A stretch of DNA of 64,000 nucleotides from a virus. The translations under genes were made by a program, and so were the position numbers. The stretch's first letter is position 1. Every line of letters begins with the position of its first letter. Positions 28,244-38,135 of the stretch are shown here, one piece after another. The stretch spans positions 11,638 through 75,637 of the IMG/VR virus record IMGVR_UViG_3300025467_000013; one strand, written 5' to 3'. The notes beneath the pieces are model-generated. The model saw only the letters and a list, made by a program, of their open reading frames with translations. It made no database searches and was not told the origin of the DNA.

Positions 28244-29407
28244 ATGTCAGAACTACTTAACGGCCGTTGGGCAGAAACTAAAGAAGCTCTTTTAGAAGGC
28301 CTACAAGGCACAAAGAGATCAGTAATGGGCGTGACACTTGAAAATACACGTAAGTATCTTTCAGAATCCGCTACTGCTGGAGGAACTACTGCCGGCAACG
28401 TTGCCACATTAAATCGCGTTATTTTACCAGTTATCCGTCGTGTAATGCCGACTGTTATCGCTAATGAATTAGTTGGCGTTCAACCAATGACTGGCCCAGT
28501 TGGACAAATTCATACATTACGTGTTCGCTATGCAGACAACGGTAATGGTGTTGTAGCAGGTGAAGAAGCACTTAGCCCATTCAAGATCGCAGCAGGTTAT
28601 TCTGGTAACGATCAAGATCCAGGTTCAAAAGCAACTTCTACAGCAACACTTGAAGGTGCAGCTGGCAAGAGAATGTCAATCCAAATCTTAAAGCAAACTG
28701 TTGAAGCAAAGACTCGTAAGTTATCAGCTCGCTGGACTTTCGAAGCTGCACAAGATGCTCAAGCACAACAAGGTATTGACATCGAAGCAGAAGTAATGGC
28801 TGCTCTTGCACAAGAAATTACTGCTGAAATCGACCAGGAAATCCTTGGTTCATTATTATCATTAGCAGGTTCTGCTACTGAACAATTCGACCAATCTGCT
28901 GTATCTGGTACAGCTACATTCGTCGGTGACGAACATGCTGCATTAGCAGTTCAAATGAATCGTGTTTCTAACTTAATTGCACAACGTACACGTCGTGGTG
29001 CAGGTAACTGGGCAGTTGTTAGCCCATTTGCGTTAACAATCCTTCAATCAGCAACTACTTCAGCATTCGCTCGTACAACTGAAGGTACTTTTGAAGCTCC
29101 AACTAACACTAAGTTTGTCGGTACTTTAAACAGCGCAATGAAAGTTTATGTTAACACATATGCTAACGATTCAACAGACATTCTTATCGGATATAAGGGT
29201 GCTAGCGAATCAGACGCAGCAGCATTCTATTGCCCATATATTCCATTAATGAGCAGTGGTGTTGTTCTTGATCCGTCTACCTTCGAACCAGTAGTTAGCT
29301 TCATGACACGTTATGGTTATGTTGAGCTTTCTAACACAGCGTCATCTTTAGGTAACGCTGCTGACTACTTAGGTCGCGTATCTTTAGCGAACGTTTCTTT
29401 CAAGTAA
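28244..29407 (+). CDS. gp23: Major capsid protein
   Basis: GVQPMTGPVGQI, TRKLSARWTFEAAQD, EITAEIDQEI, FYCPYIPL, FMTRYG. Confidence 0.97.
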   Translation: MSELLNGRWAETKEALLEGLQGTKRSVMGVTLENTRKYLSESATAGGTTAGNVATLNRVILPVIRRVMPTVIANELVGVQPMTGPVGQIHTLRVRYADNGNGVVAGEEALSPFKIAAGYSGNDQDPGSKATSTATLEGAAGKRMSIQILKQTVEAKTRKLSARWTFEAAQDAQAQQGIDIEAEVMAALAQEITAEIDQEILGSLLSLAGSATEQFDQSAVSGTATFVGDEHAALAVQMNRVSNLIAQRTRRGAGNWAVVSPFALTILQSATTSAFARTTEGTFEAPTNTKFVGTLNSAMKVYVNTYANDSTDILIGYKGASESDAAAFYCPYIPLMSSGVVLDPSTFEPVVSFMTRYGYVELSNTASSLGNAADYLGRVSLANVSFK

Positions 29408-29429
29408 GAAATTACTTTTTGAAGCATTT

Positions 29430-29458
29430 AAGAAAGGCTCTTCGGAGCCTTTCTTTTT
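29430..29458 (+). terminator. Intrinsic terminator after the major capsid gene
   Basis: AAGAAAGGCTC-TTCG-GAGCCTTTCTT plus T run. Confidence 0.9.
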
Positions 29459-29463
29459 GATCG

Positions 29464-29557
29464 AATAAATACATTATCATAAAGTGAGCTGTCTCTTAAT
29501 GAACAGTTTATGCGGTACCCACCGCGTATGATTTAAAAAATCTTAAGGAGAAAACAA
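29464..29557 (+). promoter_or_regulatory. Late promoter (AATAAATA) followed by a structured 5' leader
   Basis: Promoter at 29464-29471; three-helix junction at 29476-29532 whose loop is complementary to the RBS. Confidence 0.55.
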
Positions 29558-31267
29558 ATGGGACGTCCATTAAATAAGAAATATTTCGGTAACCGTAACT
29601 TAGGTGCCGACGGAAATGACGGTAAATTAAATACCGCAGGTGACGCAGGATTAGGCGGCGAAGGTATTGCTAGCGTAACAGTTAGTACCGCAGGTAGCTT
29701 TACTTCTGCTCCTACTATTACAGTTCCAAAACCAGTATTAAGTGGTGACGGTGCAGTTACAGCAACCGTTACACCAACATATAAAGCAGTTAGTGCGACT
29801 ATCGGCGGAACACAAGCAACTGCATATGCAGCAGGCACCGGAACAATTACATCATACGGTGCAACTTGGACACCAACATTAACAACTTATAGTGGTTTCA
29901 GTATTGCTAGTATTACATCAGGTGGTGTAATGACATTAACTGGTGGTACAATTACTGCGGTTGCTGGTACAAGCGTTACATTCAATGCAGGATTAACTGG
30001 TTCAACTGGATTAACAGCTGGCGCAACTTACTATGTAGTAGCAAGTGTAACATCTAGTACAACTGTAACATTGAGTTCAACTTATGGTGGTAATGCAATT
30101 GCAATTACTGGCGGTACACCAACTGGTACATTAACATTAACAATTGGTACAACTTTTGCTTCAGTAGCAAGTGTTGCTGTTGCTAACGGCGGATCTTACA
30201 CAACATTACCGAGCGGTGCTCAAGCTACTACAGCAACTTCGGGTTCTGGTTTAACATTAACAATTACATCAGGTATTGCTTCTATCGCAGTTAATAATAA
30301 AGGTACTGGTTACTTTGCAGCATCGACTGGTTCAACAACTATTACTGCTACCACTGCAACTAGCACAGCAACAAGTATTACTTCTACTATTGCTAACAAT
30401 GTTTTGACAGTTACAGCAGTTACTGGTACAATTACTAATGGTATGGTATTAACAGGCGGTACAGTTACAGCTGGCGCTTACATTGTTAACCAAGTTACTC
30501 CATTAACATCAGGCGAAGCAACTGGCGGTATTGGTCGTTATTACATTGAAAAGTTCGGTGGTGGTGCAATTACAGGAACTCCAACAACTAGTACATTAAA
30601 CCCTATTACTGTTTCTTCAACAGTTGATATCGTTCCAGGTATGACATTTACTGTTGCATCGAACGTCGGCGGATTAACAACTAGCGGTAACCCTTATTAT
30701 GTAATGACAGTATCAGGACCAAACACTATCCAAGTGTCGTCAACTTACGGCGGTACTTCTGCTGTTTCAACTAGCACAACAACAAGTCAAAGTGTTGCAG
30801 CAACTTTTGGCCAAAACTTAGTGTTAGCGTTCTCAGCAGGCGGTTCGGCAGCTACTTTAGTTCCGGCAACAACTGCAAGCGCAAGCGGCAAAGTTGGTCT
30901 TACAAGTGTTAACTTATTCAAAGCTATTCAAGTTACTGCATTTATTCCTGCTGCAAACGGCGGAAAGGCAGCACGACAAGATAGTGATATTGTTGCACAA
31001 AAAGGTAGTCACCGTTACAAAGTTGAAAATCAAGACGGCACCGGTGTTATCAAGTTAGTTGCAGGTGCAATTACTGCTGGTACTGGCATTATCACAGCAA
31101 CTGATTATAATGGAAGTACCTATTATGTAACAAAACTTACAGCTCATAAAGCATTGTTAACACAAAAAACAGTTAGCGGTAGCTTCCAATTTGCATCTGG
31201 TAAGCAAGTTCCATGGACATTTGGTTCAGCAGTTACTGGCTATTCAGTTCAAATTGACAGCAAGTAA
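29558..31267 (+). CDS. Virion structural/decoration protein, Thr/Gly-rich, with inserted beta-repeat domains
   Basis: MGRPLNKKYFG N-terminus; C-terminal QKGSHRYKV...YYVTKLT; directly after the major capsid gene; two GLT.G..YYV...SSTYGG modules. Confidence 0.7.
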   Translation: MGRPLNKKYFGNRNLGADGNDGKLNTAGDAGLGGEGIASVTVSTAGSFTSAPTITVPKPVLSGDGAVTATVTPTYKAVSATIGGTQATAYAAGTGTITSYGATWTPTLTTYSGFSIASITSGGVMTLTGGTITAVAGTSVTFNAGLTGSTGLTAGATYYVVASVTSSTTVTLSSTYGGNAIAITGGTPTGTLTLTIGTTFASVASVAVANGGSYTTLPSGAQATTATSGSGLTLTITSGIASIAVNNKGTGYFAASTGSTTITATTATSTATSITSTIANNVLTVTAVTGTITNGMVLTGGTVTAGAYIVNQVTPLTSGEATGGIGRYYIEKFGGGAITGTPTTSTLNPITVSSTVDIVPGMTFTVASNVGGLTTSGNPYYVMTVSGPNTIQVSSTYGGTSAVSTSTTTSQSVAATFGQNLVLAFSAGGSAATLVPATTASASGKVGLTSVNLFKAIQVTAFIPAANGGKAARQDSDIVAQKGSHRYKVENQDGTGVIKLVAGAITAGTGIITATDYNGSTYYVTKLTAHKALLTQKTVSGSFQFASGKQVPWTFGSAVTGYSVQIDSK

Positions 31268-31278
31268 TTTGCTATTAT

Positions 31279-31303
31279 GGAGGGCAGAAATGCCCTCCTT
31301 TTT
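31279..31303 (+). terminator. Intrinsic terminator
   Basis: GGAGGGCA-GAAA-TGCCCTCC-TTTTT. Confidence 0.88.
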
Positions 31304-31314
31304 AAGGATTAAAC

Positions 31315-32346
31315 ATGTCTAGAATAGTAAAAGTTAGTGAAGATAACTATAGATTAAAAGTTCAAGTAGGCGGTACAATAACATTGGATACTGGTGATTC
31401 TTATGGAAATCCTACCGGAACTATTGTTGTTATCGGAAATCTTGATGTAAAAGGCACAACAACAACTGTGGAATCTTCAAATACTACTGTTAAAGACAAT
31501 ATCCTACAATTGAATTACGGGCAAACTGGAAATGGTATTTCCAGTACGCTAAACTACGAGGCTGGATTACAATTTGGCCGAGGTAATTATTCTGATGCGA
31601 TGTTTGTTTTTGATGATAGTGTATCACATTATGATCCGTATGCTCCGAACAATGCGTTAACCGGCACGTTTGTCATGAAAACAGCGAACGGCAACTTGAG
31701 CGGACTACAATTAACAACTATCACTTCGGATGGTACACATAACTTACAAATCGATTTACATAATTCTACATCGAATGTAGTTGAACTAGTGAATGTAGAT
31801 CCGACTGTTTATTCAAATTTAATTTTCGGTACTGATCCGATGCCTAGCTCATATCCTGATGAAACTAGCACAGATAATGTATTAGTTAATAAACGATATG
31901 TACAAGCATATATTAGTTCGGGTTTAGTTACTCCAGGAATGGCCGACGTTGATAAAATCCATTTAGGAACAAACAAAGCACAGGTTTTAGCCTCGAGTAT
32001 TAATTTCTATATCAATAATGCTCAACGTGCAATCATTACTTCTGCCGGTGTAACTGTTGATAACATTAACGCATATCAAAATACAATTACTAATATCTCA
32101 ACAAACAATCTAGTACTGTCATCGTTTAATAATATAGTTGAAATGAGTGCAGTAATGGAATTAGATGACCAAGTTTCGGCACAATCAGCACCGCTAGGAA
32201 ATGCAACAAAATTGTACTCGATGCAGAATCTAACACCAAAGTTGAGTCAATATCCAGGAAAAACTGGTATTTTCTTTGCAAATAGTGTTAATTCGGATGA
32301 ATTAGTTTCTAAAAACAGAGCAGTATTATTCAGTATATTATTTTAA
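31315..32346 (+). CDS. Virion structural protein (fibre-associated)
   Basis: GNLDVKGTTTTVES..TVKDNIL.LN motif common in phage fibre proteins. Confidence 0.6.
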   Translation: MSRIVKVSEDNYRLKVQVGGTITLDTGDSYGNPTGTIVVIGNLDVKGTTTTVESSNTTVKDNILQLNYGQTGNGISSTLNYEAGLQFGRGNYSDAMFVFDDSVSHYDPYAPNNALTGTFVMKTANGNLSGLQLTTITSDGTHNLQIDLHNSTSNVVELVNVDPTVYSNLIFGTDPMPSSYPDETSTDNVLVNKRYVQAYISSGLVTPGMADVDKIHLGTNKAQVLASSINFYINNAQRAIITSAGVTVDNINAYQNTITNISTNNLVLSSFNNIVEMSAVMELDDQVSAQSAPLGNATKLYSMQNLTPKLSQYPGKTGIFFANSVNSDELVSKNRAVLFSILF

Positions 32347-32355
32347 GGACATAAC

Positions 32356-32697
32356 ATGGCAATTACAAATGCAACTATAGGATCATCGACTGCTGCAATT
32401 TACACAAGCAGCGGTAATAATGCAATTACAACTGTTATTGTTTGTAATACCACTGCATTTGATCCAAATAATCCTACAACAGGGCAAACAAATTTATATA
32501 TGTATGCCGTGCCAAGTGGCGGAAATCCTAGTTCACCGGCAACAAATACTATTATTGTTAACGGATTACCAATTCCAGCAGGTGAAACAGTTTCATTCGA
32601 TCAAGAAAAGATGGTATTAGCAAATGGTGACATGTTGGTTGCTAAAAGCGATAGTCCTACAAATTTAGTAGTAACCATTAGTACATTGGCAGTATAA
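32356..32697 (+). CDS. Small beta-sandwich virion protein
   Basis: 113 aa; VIVCN...IPAGETVSFDQEKMVLANGD pattern; similar to 37391-37720. Confidence 0.6.
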   Translation: MAITNATIGSSTAAIYTSSGNNAITTVIVCNTTAFDPNNPTTGQTNLYMYAVPSGGNPSSPATNTIIVNGLPIPAGETVSFDQEKMVLANGDMLVAKSDSPTNLVVTISTLAV

Positions 32698-32698
32698 T

Positions 32699-33730
32699 AT
32701 GAGATACTTAAGAAAACAAGTTATTAATCGAAGAGTTCCGAACGATGCTCGTCTTGATGTAGATATTAATAACAATATCCTTATGACAAGCCCGGCAGCG
32801 GTACAAGTTCCGGCCGGTTCTACTGCTCAACGTCCTATTGTTGCTAACAGATACGGAACTAGCACACCTGGTGATTTGTCAGGAATGATTCGATACAACA
32901 CTTCTACAAATCAGTTAGAAGGTTACCAAGCAGGTACTTGGAGAGCATTTAGGTTTAAAGAATCTACACAGATTACACAACAAAATTTAGGTGCGGGTGA
33001 TAGTAGTACTGTTTATTTTGGACCGTTAAATCCTATTCCACCGTCAGTTGTTCAGAGCGGTGCAACGTGGGGAGGACAAAATTTATTAGTATTAGTAGAA
33101 AATGTACTTCAAATTTCTAATACAAATTATACAATTGTTCAAAATCCGACTATTACTGGTGAAATATATTCAGGACTAACTAGTTCAGTGACATTAGTTG
33201 GCGCATCAATAATTAATTTTTCAACGAGTTTAGTAGTTTCCAATGCAGCAGGCAACGGATCAACGGTAACATTAACATTTGCTACTCAATCATCAAATCC
33301 ATTTGCAATTGGACAATCTATTACAGTTACTGGATTAAGCAATATAGGATATAACGGAGTGTATACTGTTACCGGAGTTACTACTAGCACAGTATCTTAT
33401 GCAAATAGCACAACCGGTAGCATTATCGGAGACGGTATGGTTATAAGTAACAGCGCAATTTATCCGGCAATTTCTCTTGTTGGTGCAATAGTTACCGGCC
33501 ATTCTAGTATTCCGTCAAATACTGCAATTTTATCTTATGTTACAGATCCGATAACAGATGCATTAGTAAGTATTACTGTTAATAAAACAATTACAACTGC
33601 ATTAATTCCAGTATCTACTTCATTAACGATAACAGAATCGACCACAACAGGTAGCGGATACTACATTCAGTTTAGCAGCCCTCCTCCATATGGTAAACCT
33701 GTAACAGTATTATCGGGGTTTGATCAGTAA
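32699..33730 (+). CDS. Virion structural protein
   Basis: VPAGSTAQRP...GMIRYNT...LEGY..GTW fibre-junction motif; inserted IGQSITVTG...YNGVYTVT beta-domain. Confidence 0.6.
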   Translation: MRYLRKQVINRRVPNDARLDVDINNNILMTSPAAVQVPAGSTAQRPIVANRYGTSTPGDLSGMIRYNTSTNQLEGYQAGTWRAFRFKESTQITQQNLGAGDSSTVYFGPLNPIPPSVVQSGATWGGQNLLVLVENVLQISNTNYTIVQNPTITGEIYSGLTSSVTLVGASIINFSTSLVVSNAAGNGSTVTLTFATQSSNPFAIGQSITVTGLSNIGYNGVYTVTGVTTSTVSYANSTTGSIIGDGMVISNSAIYPAISLVGAIVTGHSSIPSNTAILSYVTDPITDALVSITVNKTITTALIPVSTSLTITESTTTGSGYYIQFSSPPPYGKPVTVLSGFDQ

Positions 33731-35499
33731 TGTCAATCGGGTCAATTTCTGGTAATCTGTTATCACAAAACTTACTTAGAAATGGCGAAAATCTAGCATT
33801 TGAAACAAAGTTACTATATCTTGATGTAGTAAATGGTCGTGTAGGGTTTAATAATTCTGCTCCAGTTAGGGAATTAACAACTAACTGGCTTACAACTGAT
33901 TATCTAATTACCGATAATTTTACGGTTGGGAATATCTCGTTCTCACCGGATACGATTCAAGATTTTGTAAGTCCGGTATATATTACACCTGATCAAACAT
34001 CTAATCCTCAAATTATTGCTACTGGATTCGGAGTTTCTGGCTTTTCGATTAATAATACTTCTATTCTCGGTAATCTTAATCACGATATAATATTTCAAGC
34101 AGATGCGTTAGGTAACGTACAACTTAATACAACACAATTATTGGTAAATGCCAACTTACATGCAACCGGAATTATAACTGCTGATGGTAGTATACAGCTT
34201 GGTAATAATAGCAGTGATACAATTGCGTTCGTAGCAGATGTTAATAGTGATATAACTCCTAACCAGAACAAATATTACAACTTAGGTACTAGCTTACTTA
34301 GATGGAAGAATATATACGGACAAAATATTGATGTTAATGGTGTTACGCAAATTACCGGTAATACCATCTCGACTAGCCCAAATTTAGTTCTTACTTCAAA
34401 CGGTGGAGTTGTTAGAGCAGCATCTAATGTCGTTATTAATAGTACTTTAACAGCACCAACATTAGTATTAAACAGTACGCAAGTTAATGGATTACTAACA
34501 GTTAATAACAATATTTCAAGAACCGGCACAACGCAGTTAACGGGTAATATTATTCAAACTGGTAATACATCTGTTACTGGTTCAATGAATATTTCTAACT
34601 TAGTAACAAACCAAAGTAGTCTTATTCAAACCGGCGACTATCAAATATCTAACAATACTCTCAGCACGATTAACACTAATGAAAATGTTGTTTTAAATTC
34701 AACCGGTAATGTTTCGATTTTTAATACAATACAATTTAATAATAACCAAATTATCAATACCTTAACTGGATCACATACTGATAACGAAAAGAGTATTATT
34801 TTTAATCCGTCTGGTACTGGAAATGTTGTTATCAATACTACAAAACCATTACAAATACCTTACAATAATGATTCAACATACTTGTTGTCGCACACCGGCC
34901 AGATAAGACAAAACAGTACAACAAATTTTTATGAAGGGTGGGCACCGTCTGGTACTGTTAGTTTTTATCAGTTATATTCAAGTGACCGAAAATCATACAT
35001 TATTCCCGAACTCACACCGTATTCGGGCGACAATATTCTTCGATTTGCTGTTAATAATGTTGTTACAACTACAATAGATACTTCGAAAATTTATAATACT
35101 GCGGCCACTTTTGGTAATGTTAGTATTAATCAAAATAGTATTTCTAATGTAACTCCATCGATTGATATAACTATTAATCCTGTAAGTAGTAGTAATTCAA
35201 TTTATGTTAATGGATTGCCGTTTAACCAAAATACAATACTTAATCCAACTAATGGTGTGCTAACATTAGCTACAACTGGCACAGGTTACGTTAAATTTGG
35301 GGGCACATTTGGTGTTGTACTTCCTAACGGTACCACAAGTCAACAACCGTCAAGTCCGGATGTAGGAACCATGCGATTTAACACAAATTCTCAAGTTGAG
35401 GAAGTGTGGAATGGCACAGCATGGGTAGGAAGTTCGGCTCATATCACACTTGACCAAGTTACTGATATCATGGATATTTGGTCCATCATCCTTGGATAA
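33730..35499 (+). CDS. Tail fibre-like protein (paralog of 35621-37387)
   Basis: MSIGSISGNLLSQNLLRNGENLAFET N-terminus; Asn/Thr-rich beta repeats; GTMRFNT..EVWNG C-terminus. Confidence 0.65.
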   Translation: MSIGSISGNLLSQNLLRNGENLAFETKLLYLDVVNGRVGFNNSAPVRELTTNWLTTDYLITDNFTVGNISFSPDTIQDFVSPVYITPDQTSNPQIIATGFGVSGFSINNTSILGNLNHDIIFQADALGNVQLNTTQLLVNANLHATGIITADGSIQLGNNSSDTIAFVADVNSDITPNQNKYYNLGTSLLRWKNIYGQNIDVNGVTQITGNTISTSPNLVLTSNGGVVRAASNVVINSTLTAPTLVLNSTQVNGLLTVNNNISRTGTTQLTGNIIQTGNTSVTGSMNISNLVTNQSSLIQTGDYQISNNTLSTINTNENVVLNSTGNVSIFNTIQFNNNQIINTLTGSHTDNEKSIIFNPSGTGNVVINTTKPLQIPYNNDSTYLLSHTGQIRQNSTTNFYEGWAPSGTVSFYQLYSSDRKSYIIPELTPYSGDNILRFAVNNVVTTTIDTSKIYNTAATFGNVSINQNSISNVTPSIDITINPVSSSNSIYVNGLPFNQNTILNPTNGVLTLATTGTGYVKFGGTFGVVLPNGTTSQQPSSPDVGTMRFNTNSQVEEVWNGTAWVGSSAHITLDQVTDIMDIWSIILG

Positions 35500-35510
35500 T
35501 TTCAATATTA

Positions 35511-35620
35511 GATAAATAATTTTAACTGCAAGATAAGACCATTTTTGCAGGGACAAACAGTGGTAAACCCGCTATGCAAGGTGGTTATCCGTGAAACACG
35601 GTGGCGAATAAGGAGCAAAA
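35511..35620 (+). promoter_or_regulatory. Late promoter (GATAAATA) plus a structured, pseudoknotted 5' leader
   Basis: Promoter at 35511-35518; hairpins 35526-35550, 35559-35573, 35589-35601; loop GACCAT pairs with GTGGTT at 35581-35586. Confidence 0.55.
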
Positions 35621-37387
35621 ATGGCTGTCGGTCGTATATCCGGTCCGCTCTTAAAGTCGAATTTACTTCGCAACGGTGTAAATTTAGCTTTCGAGACGAA
35701 CCTTCTCTATCTTGATGTAGTAAATGGCCGAGTTGGTATTAAAACAACTACTCCATCGCACGAATTACAAGTTGTTGGTACTACCCGAACAACTACTCTT
35801 GAAATTTCTAGTAACACGATTACTATCGGCAATATTACTATTGCTGGCAATTCTCTATCTAGTAATAACTCTATAATTAACATAAATCCTACTGGCACTA
35901 ACGCAGTAGTTTATCAAGGTACACTTGTTACCGGAAATTTAACACTTTCTAATAACACTATCCAAGCAACTAATTTTGGCGGTAATATTAACATTACTAC
36001 CCAAGGAACTGGGCAAGTTGTTTCTAATTCTGATGTTTTAATTAACGGTAACTTACATGCAACGGGCAACATTACCGCTGATGGAAATATACAACTTGGT
36101 AATCAGTCTAGTGATACTGTAACATTCACAGCAGAAGTTAACAGCGATATCGCCCCTAGCCAAAATAATTATTACAATTTAGGTACTAGTTCTCTTAGAT
36201 GGAATACTGTATTCACTAACAGTATTGATACTAATGGCGTAGTAATTAACAATAACAATATTACAACGTCGAACAATACTGATTTAATATTATCAGCAAA
36301 TGGTACCGGTGTTGTTTCTATACCTTCTAATAATGTTAATTTAGGACAACAGTTAACAGTTGTTGGATTAGCTACATTTGGTGCAACAACAATTAACGGA
36401 ACTGTTACACAAAATAGTAACACTATTCAAACTGGTAATATTACACAGACTGGTAATATTACACAGACTGGTACATATAATCTTACTGGAACACTTACAG
36501 TATCAAATACTATTAATATATCTGGATATTTGCAATTACCGGGTATAACTTTTAATAACAATATTATCACATCTACGGTTTCAGGGACTGACTTAGTATT
36601 AAGCGCAAACGGTTCTGGCAATGTAGTAATGCAAGGATTTACAATCCATAACAACGTTATTCAACCAACGGCTACAAACACTAACATTGTTTTAACACCG
36701 TCTGGAACTGGAAGCGTGGTTATTAATAATGGATTAATCATCCCTGTCGGCAATACTGCTAGTCGACCAAGCCCTGCATCCAATGGAATGATTCGATATA
36801 ACACCGATCTTTCAAGATATGAAGGATATAGTAATCCAAATTGGTTACCATTAGGCGGCATTTCCGATGCTGCTGGCTATACATACATTACACCAGAATC
36901 GAGTCCGGGCGCTGGCGATAACGTGCTTCGTTTTTATGTCAATAGCACTTTAATGTCGTACATAGATGCTACTAAGTGGTGGTCATCAAGATTTGAAACT
37001 AATCAACTTGCAATATACGGTAACACAATCACAACTGTTTCTTCTGGTACTGATATTAATTTTACTACCAGTGGATCAGGTGGCATTACACTAGGCTATC
37101 TTAAAATCAACAACAGTAGTATTACAAATACTGTAGCAAACTCTGTGACTACATTTAATGAATCAGGAACTGGATATGTTAAATTTAATGGAACAAATGG
37201 TGTTGTAATTCCATCAGGCAACGGAAGCAGCGATCGCCCATCGGTTAAGGAAGTTGGTATGATGAGATTTAATACCGACGATTCGCTTATCGAGGTATGG
37301 AACGGTTCGGTATGGTCTAGTGGTACAGGTGTGTCAGCATATGATGCTATAGATATCGGTATACAAATGGTATTAACATTAGGATAA
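35621..37387 (+). CDS. Tail fibre-like protein
   Basis: MAVGRISGPLLKSNLLRNGVNLAFET; repeated NI.L.P.GTG.V units; two GM.R.NT motifs. Confidence 0.65.
   Translation: MAVGRISGPLLKSNLLRNGVNLAFETNLLYLDVVNGRVGIKTTTPSHELQVVGTTRTTTLEISSNTITIGNITIAGNSLSSNNSIININPTGTNAVVYQGTLVTGNLTLSNNTIQATNFGGNINITTQGTGQVVSNSDVLINGNLHATGNITADGNIQLGNQSSDTVTFTAEVNSDIAPSQNNYYNLGTSSLRWNTVFTNSIDTNGVVINNNNITTSNNTDLILSANGTGVVSIPSNNVNLGQQLTVVGLATFGATTINGTVTQNSNTIQTGNITQTGNITQTGTYNLTGTLTVSNTINISGYLQLPGITFNNNIITSTVSGTDLVLSANGSGNVVMQGFTIHNNVIQPTATNTNIVLTPSGTGSVVINNGLIIPVGNTASRPSPASNGMIRYNTDLSRYEGYSNPNWLPLGGISDAAGYTYITPESSPGAGDNVLRFYVNSTLMSYIDATKWWSSRFETNQLAIYGNTITTVSSGTDINFTTSGSGGITLGYLKINNSSITNTVANSVTTFNESGTGYVKFNGTNGVVIPSGNGSSDRPSVKEVGMMRFNTDDSLIEVWNGSVWSSGTGVSAYDAIDIGIQMVLTLG
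36431..36473 (+). repeat. 18-bp tandem repeat (TGNITQ)x2.4
   Basis: ACTGGTAATATTACACAG twice exactly, then ACTGGTA. Confidence 0.85.
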
Positions 37388-37390
37388 TAA

Positions 37391-37720
37391 ATGTCTACAC
37401 TTTTTCAAACAAAAATTATTAATAATGTAGGAACAGCACCTACTACTGCGGTAACTGCACCGTCAAATGGTACCGTAACGGTCTTAGGATTAAGTCTTGC
37501 AAATTTAACAAACGATAACATTTATGCAAGCGTAAAAGTTGCTGATAATTTGAGTAATTCAGCATACTACGCATATAATTTGTTAGTACCGCCAAATTCG
37601 AGTTTAAGAGTTTTAAATGGCGGCGAAAGACTTACATTAGCATCGCAGTATTCATTAACCGTGTCGGCTAGCGAAGATAACGGGTTTGATGCAGTGATAA
37701 GTTACGTAGTAATACAATAA
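37391..37720 (+). CDS. Small beta-sandwich virion protein
   Basis: 109 aa; GLSLAN...VPPNSSLRVLNGGERLTL pattern. Confidence 0.6.
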   Translation: MSTLFQTKIINNVGTAPTTAVTAPSNGTVTVLGLSLANLTNDNIYASVKVADNLSNSAYYAYNLLVPPNSSLRVLNGGERLTLASQYSLTVSASEDNGFDAVISYVVIQ

Positions 37721-37730
37721 GGAAACGGCC

Positions 37731-38090
37731 ATGTCATACAATTATGTTGGACAATCATACGATAATATTGCAGGACAATATCAACCGAGGTATTTCTATG
37801 CATTAAGAAGAACCGATGCTGGTGATTTATATTTTGCAAGAGTAGATCAATTACAAAATACTGACAGTATTACACTCAATAATCCCGGTAATACGTCTGA
37901 TAATTATGATAACTTTGAACTCGGTTCGGATTTTTTTGAAGGGCGGGATGTAACTCATAACTTAGTTTATCCTAACTTAAATTATGAACAGTGGCGATGG
38001 GACGAACGGTCAGTTTACTATTATATTGATAGTAATGGTAATTTAGTTGCAAGAATTGGACAAGGATATAGTTACCCGTCAGGTTTATAA
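37731..38090 (+). CDS. Hypothetical virion-associated protein
   Basis: 119 aa; FYALRR...YEQWRWD...YYYIDSNGNLVARI. Confidence 0.6.
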   Translation: MSYNYVGQSYDNIAGQYQPRYFYALRRTDAGDLYFARVDQLQNTDSITLNNPGNTSDNYDNFELGSDFFEGRDVTHNLVYPNLNYEQWRWDERSVYYYIDSNGNLVARIGQGYSYPSGL

Positions 38091-38100
38091 TAATTGGTAG

Positions 38101-38108
38101 GATAAATA
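38101..38108 (+). promoter_or_regulatory. Late promoter GATAAATA
   Basis: 27 nt upstream of the ATG at 38136, AAGGA RBS. Confidence 0.6.
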
Positions 38109-38135
38109 ATAAAAACTTAAATTTAAGGAATTACG

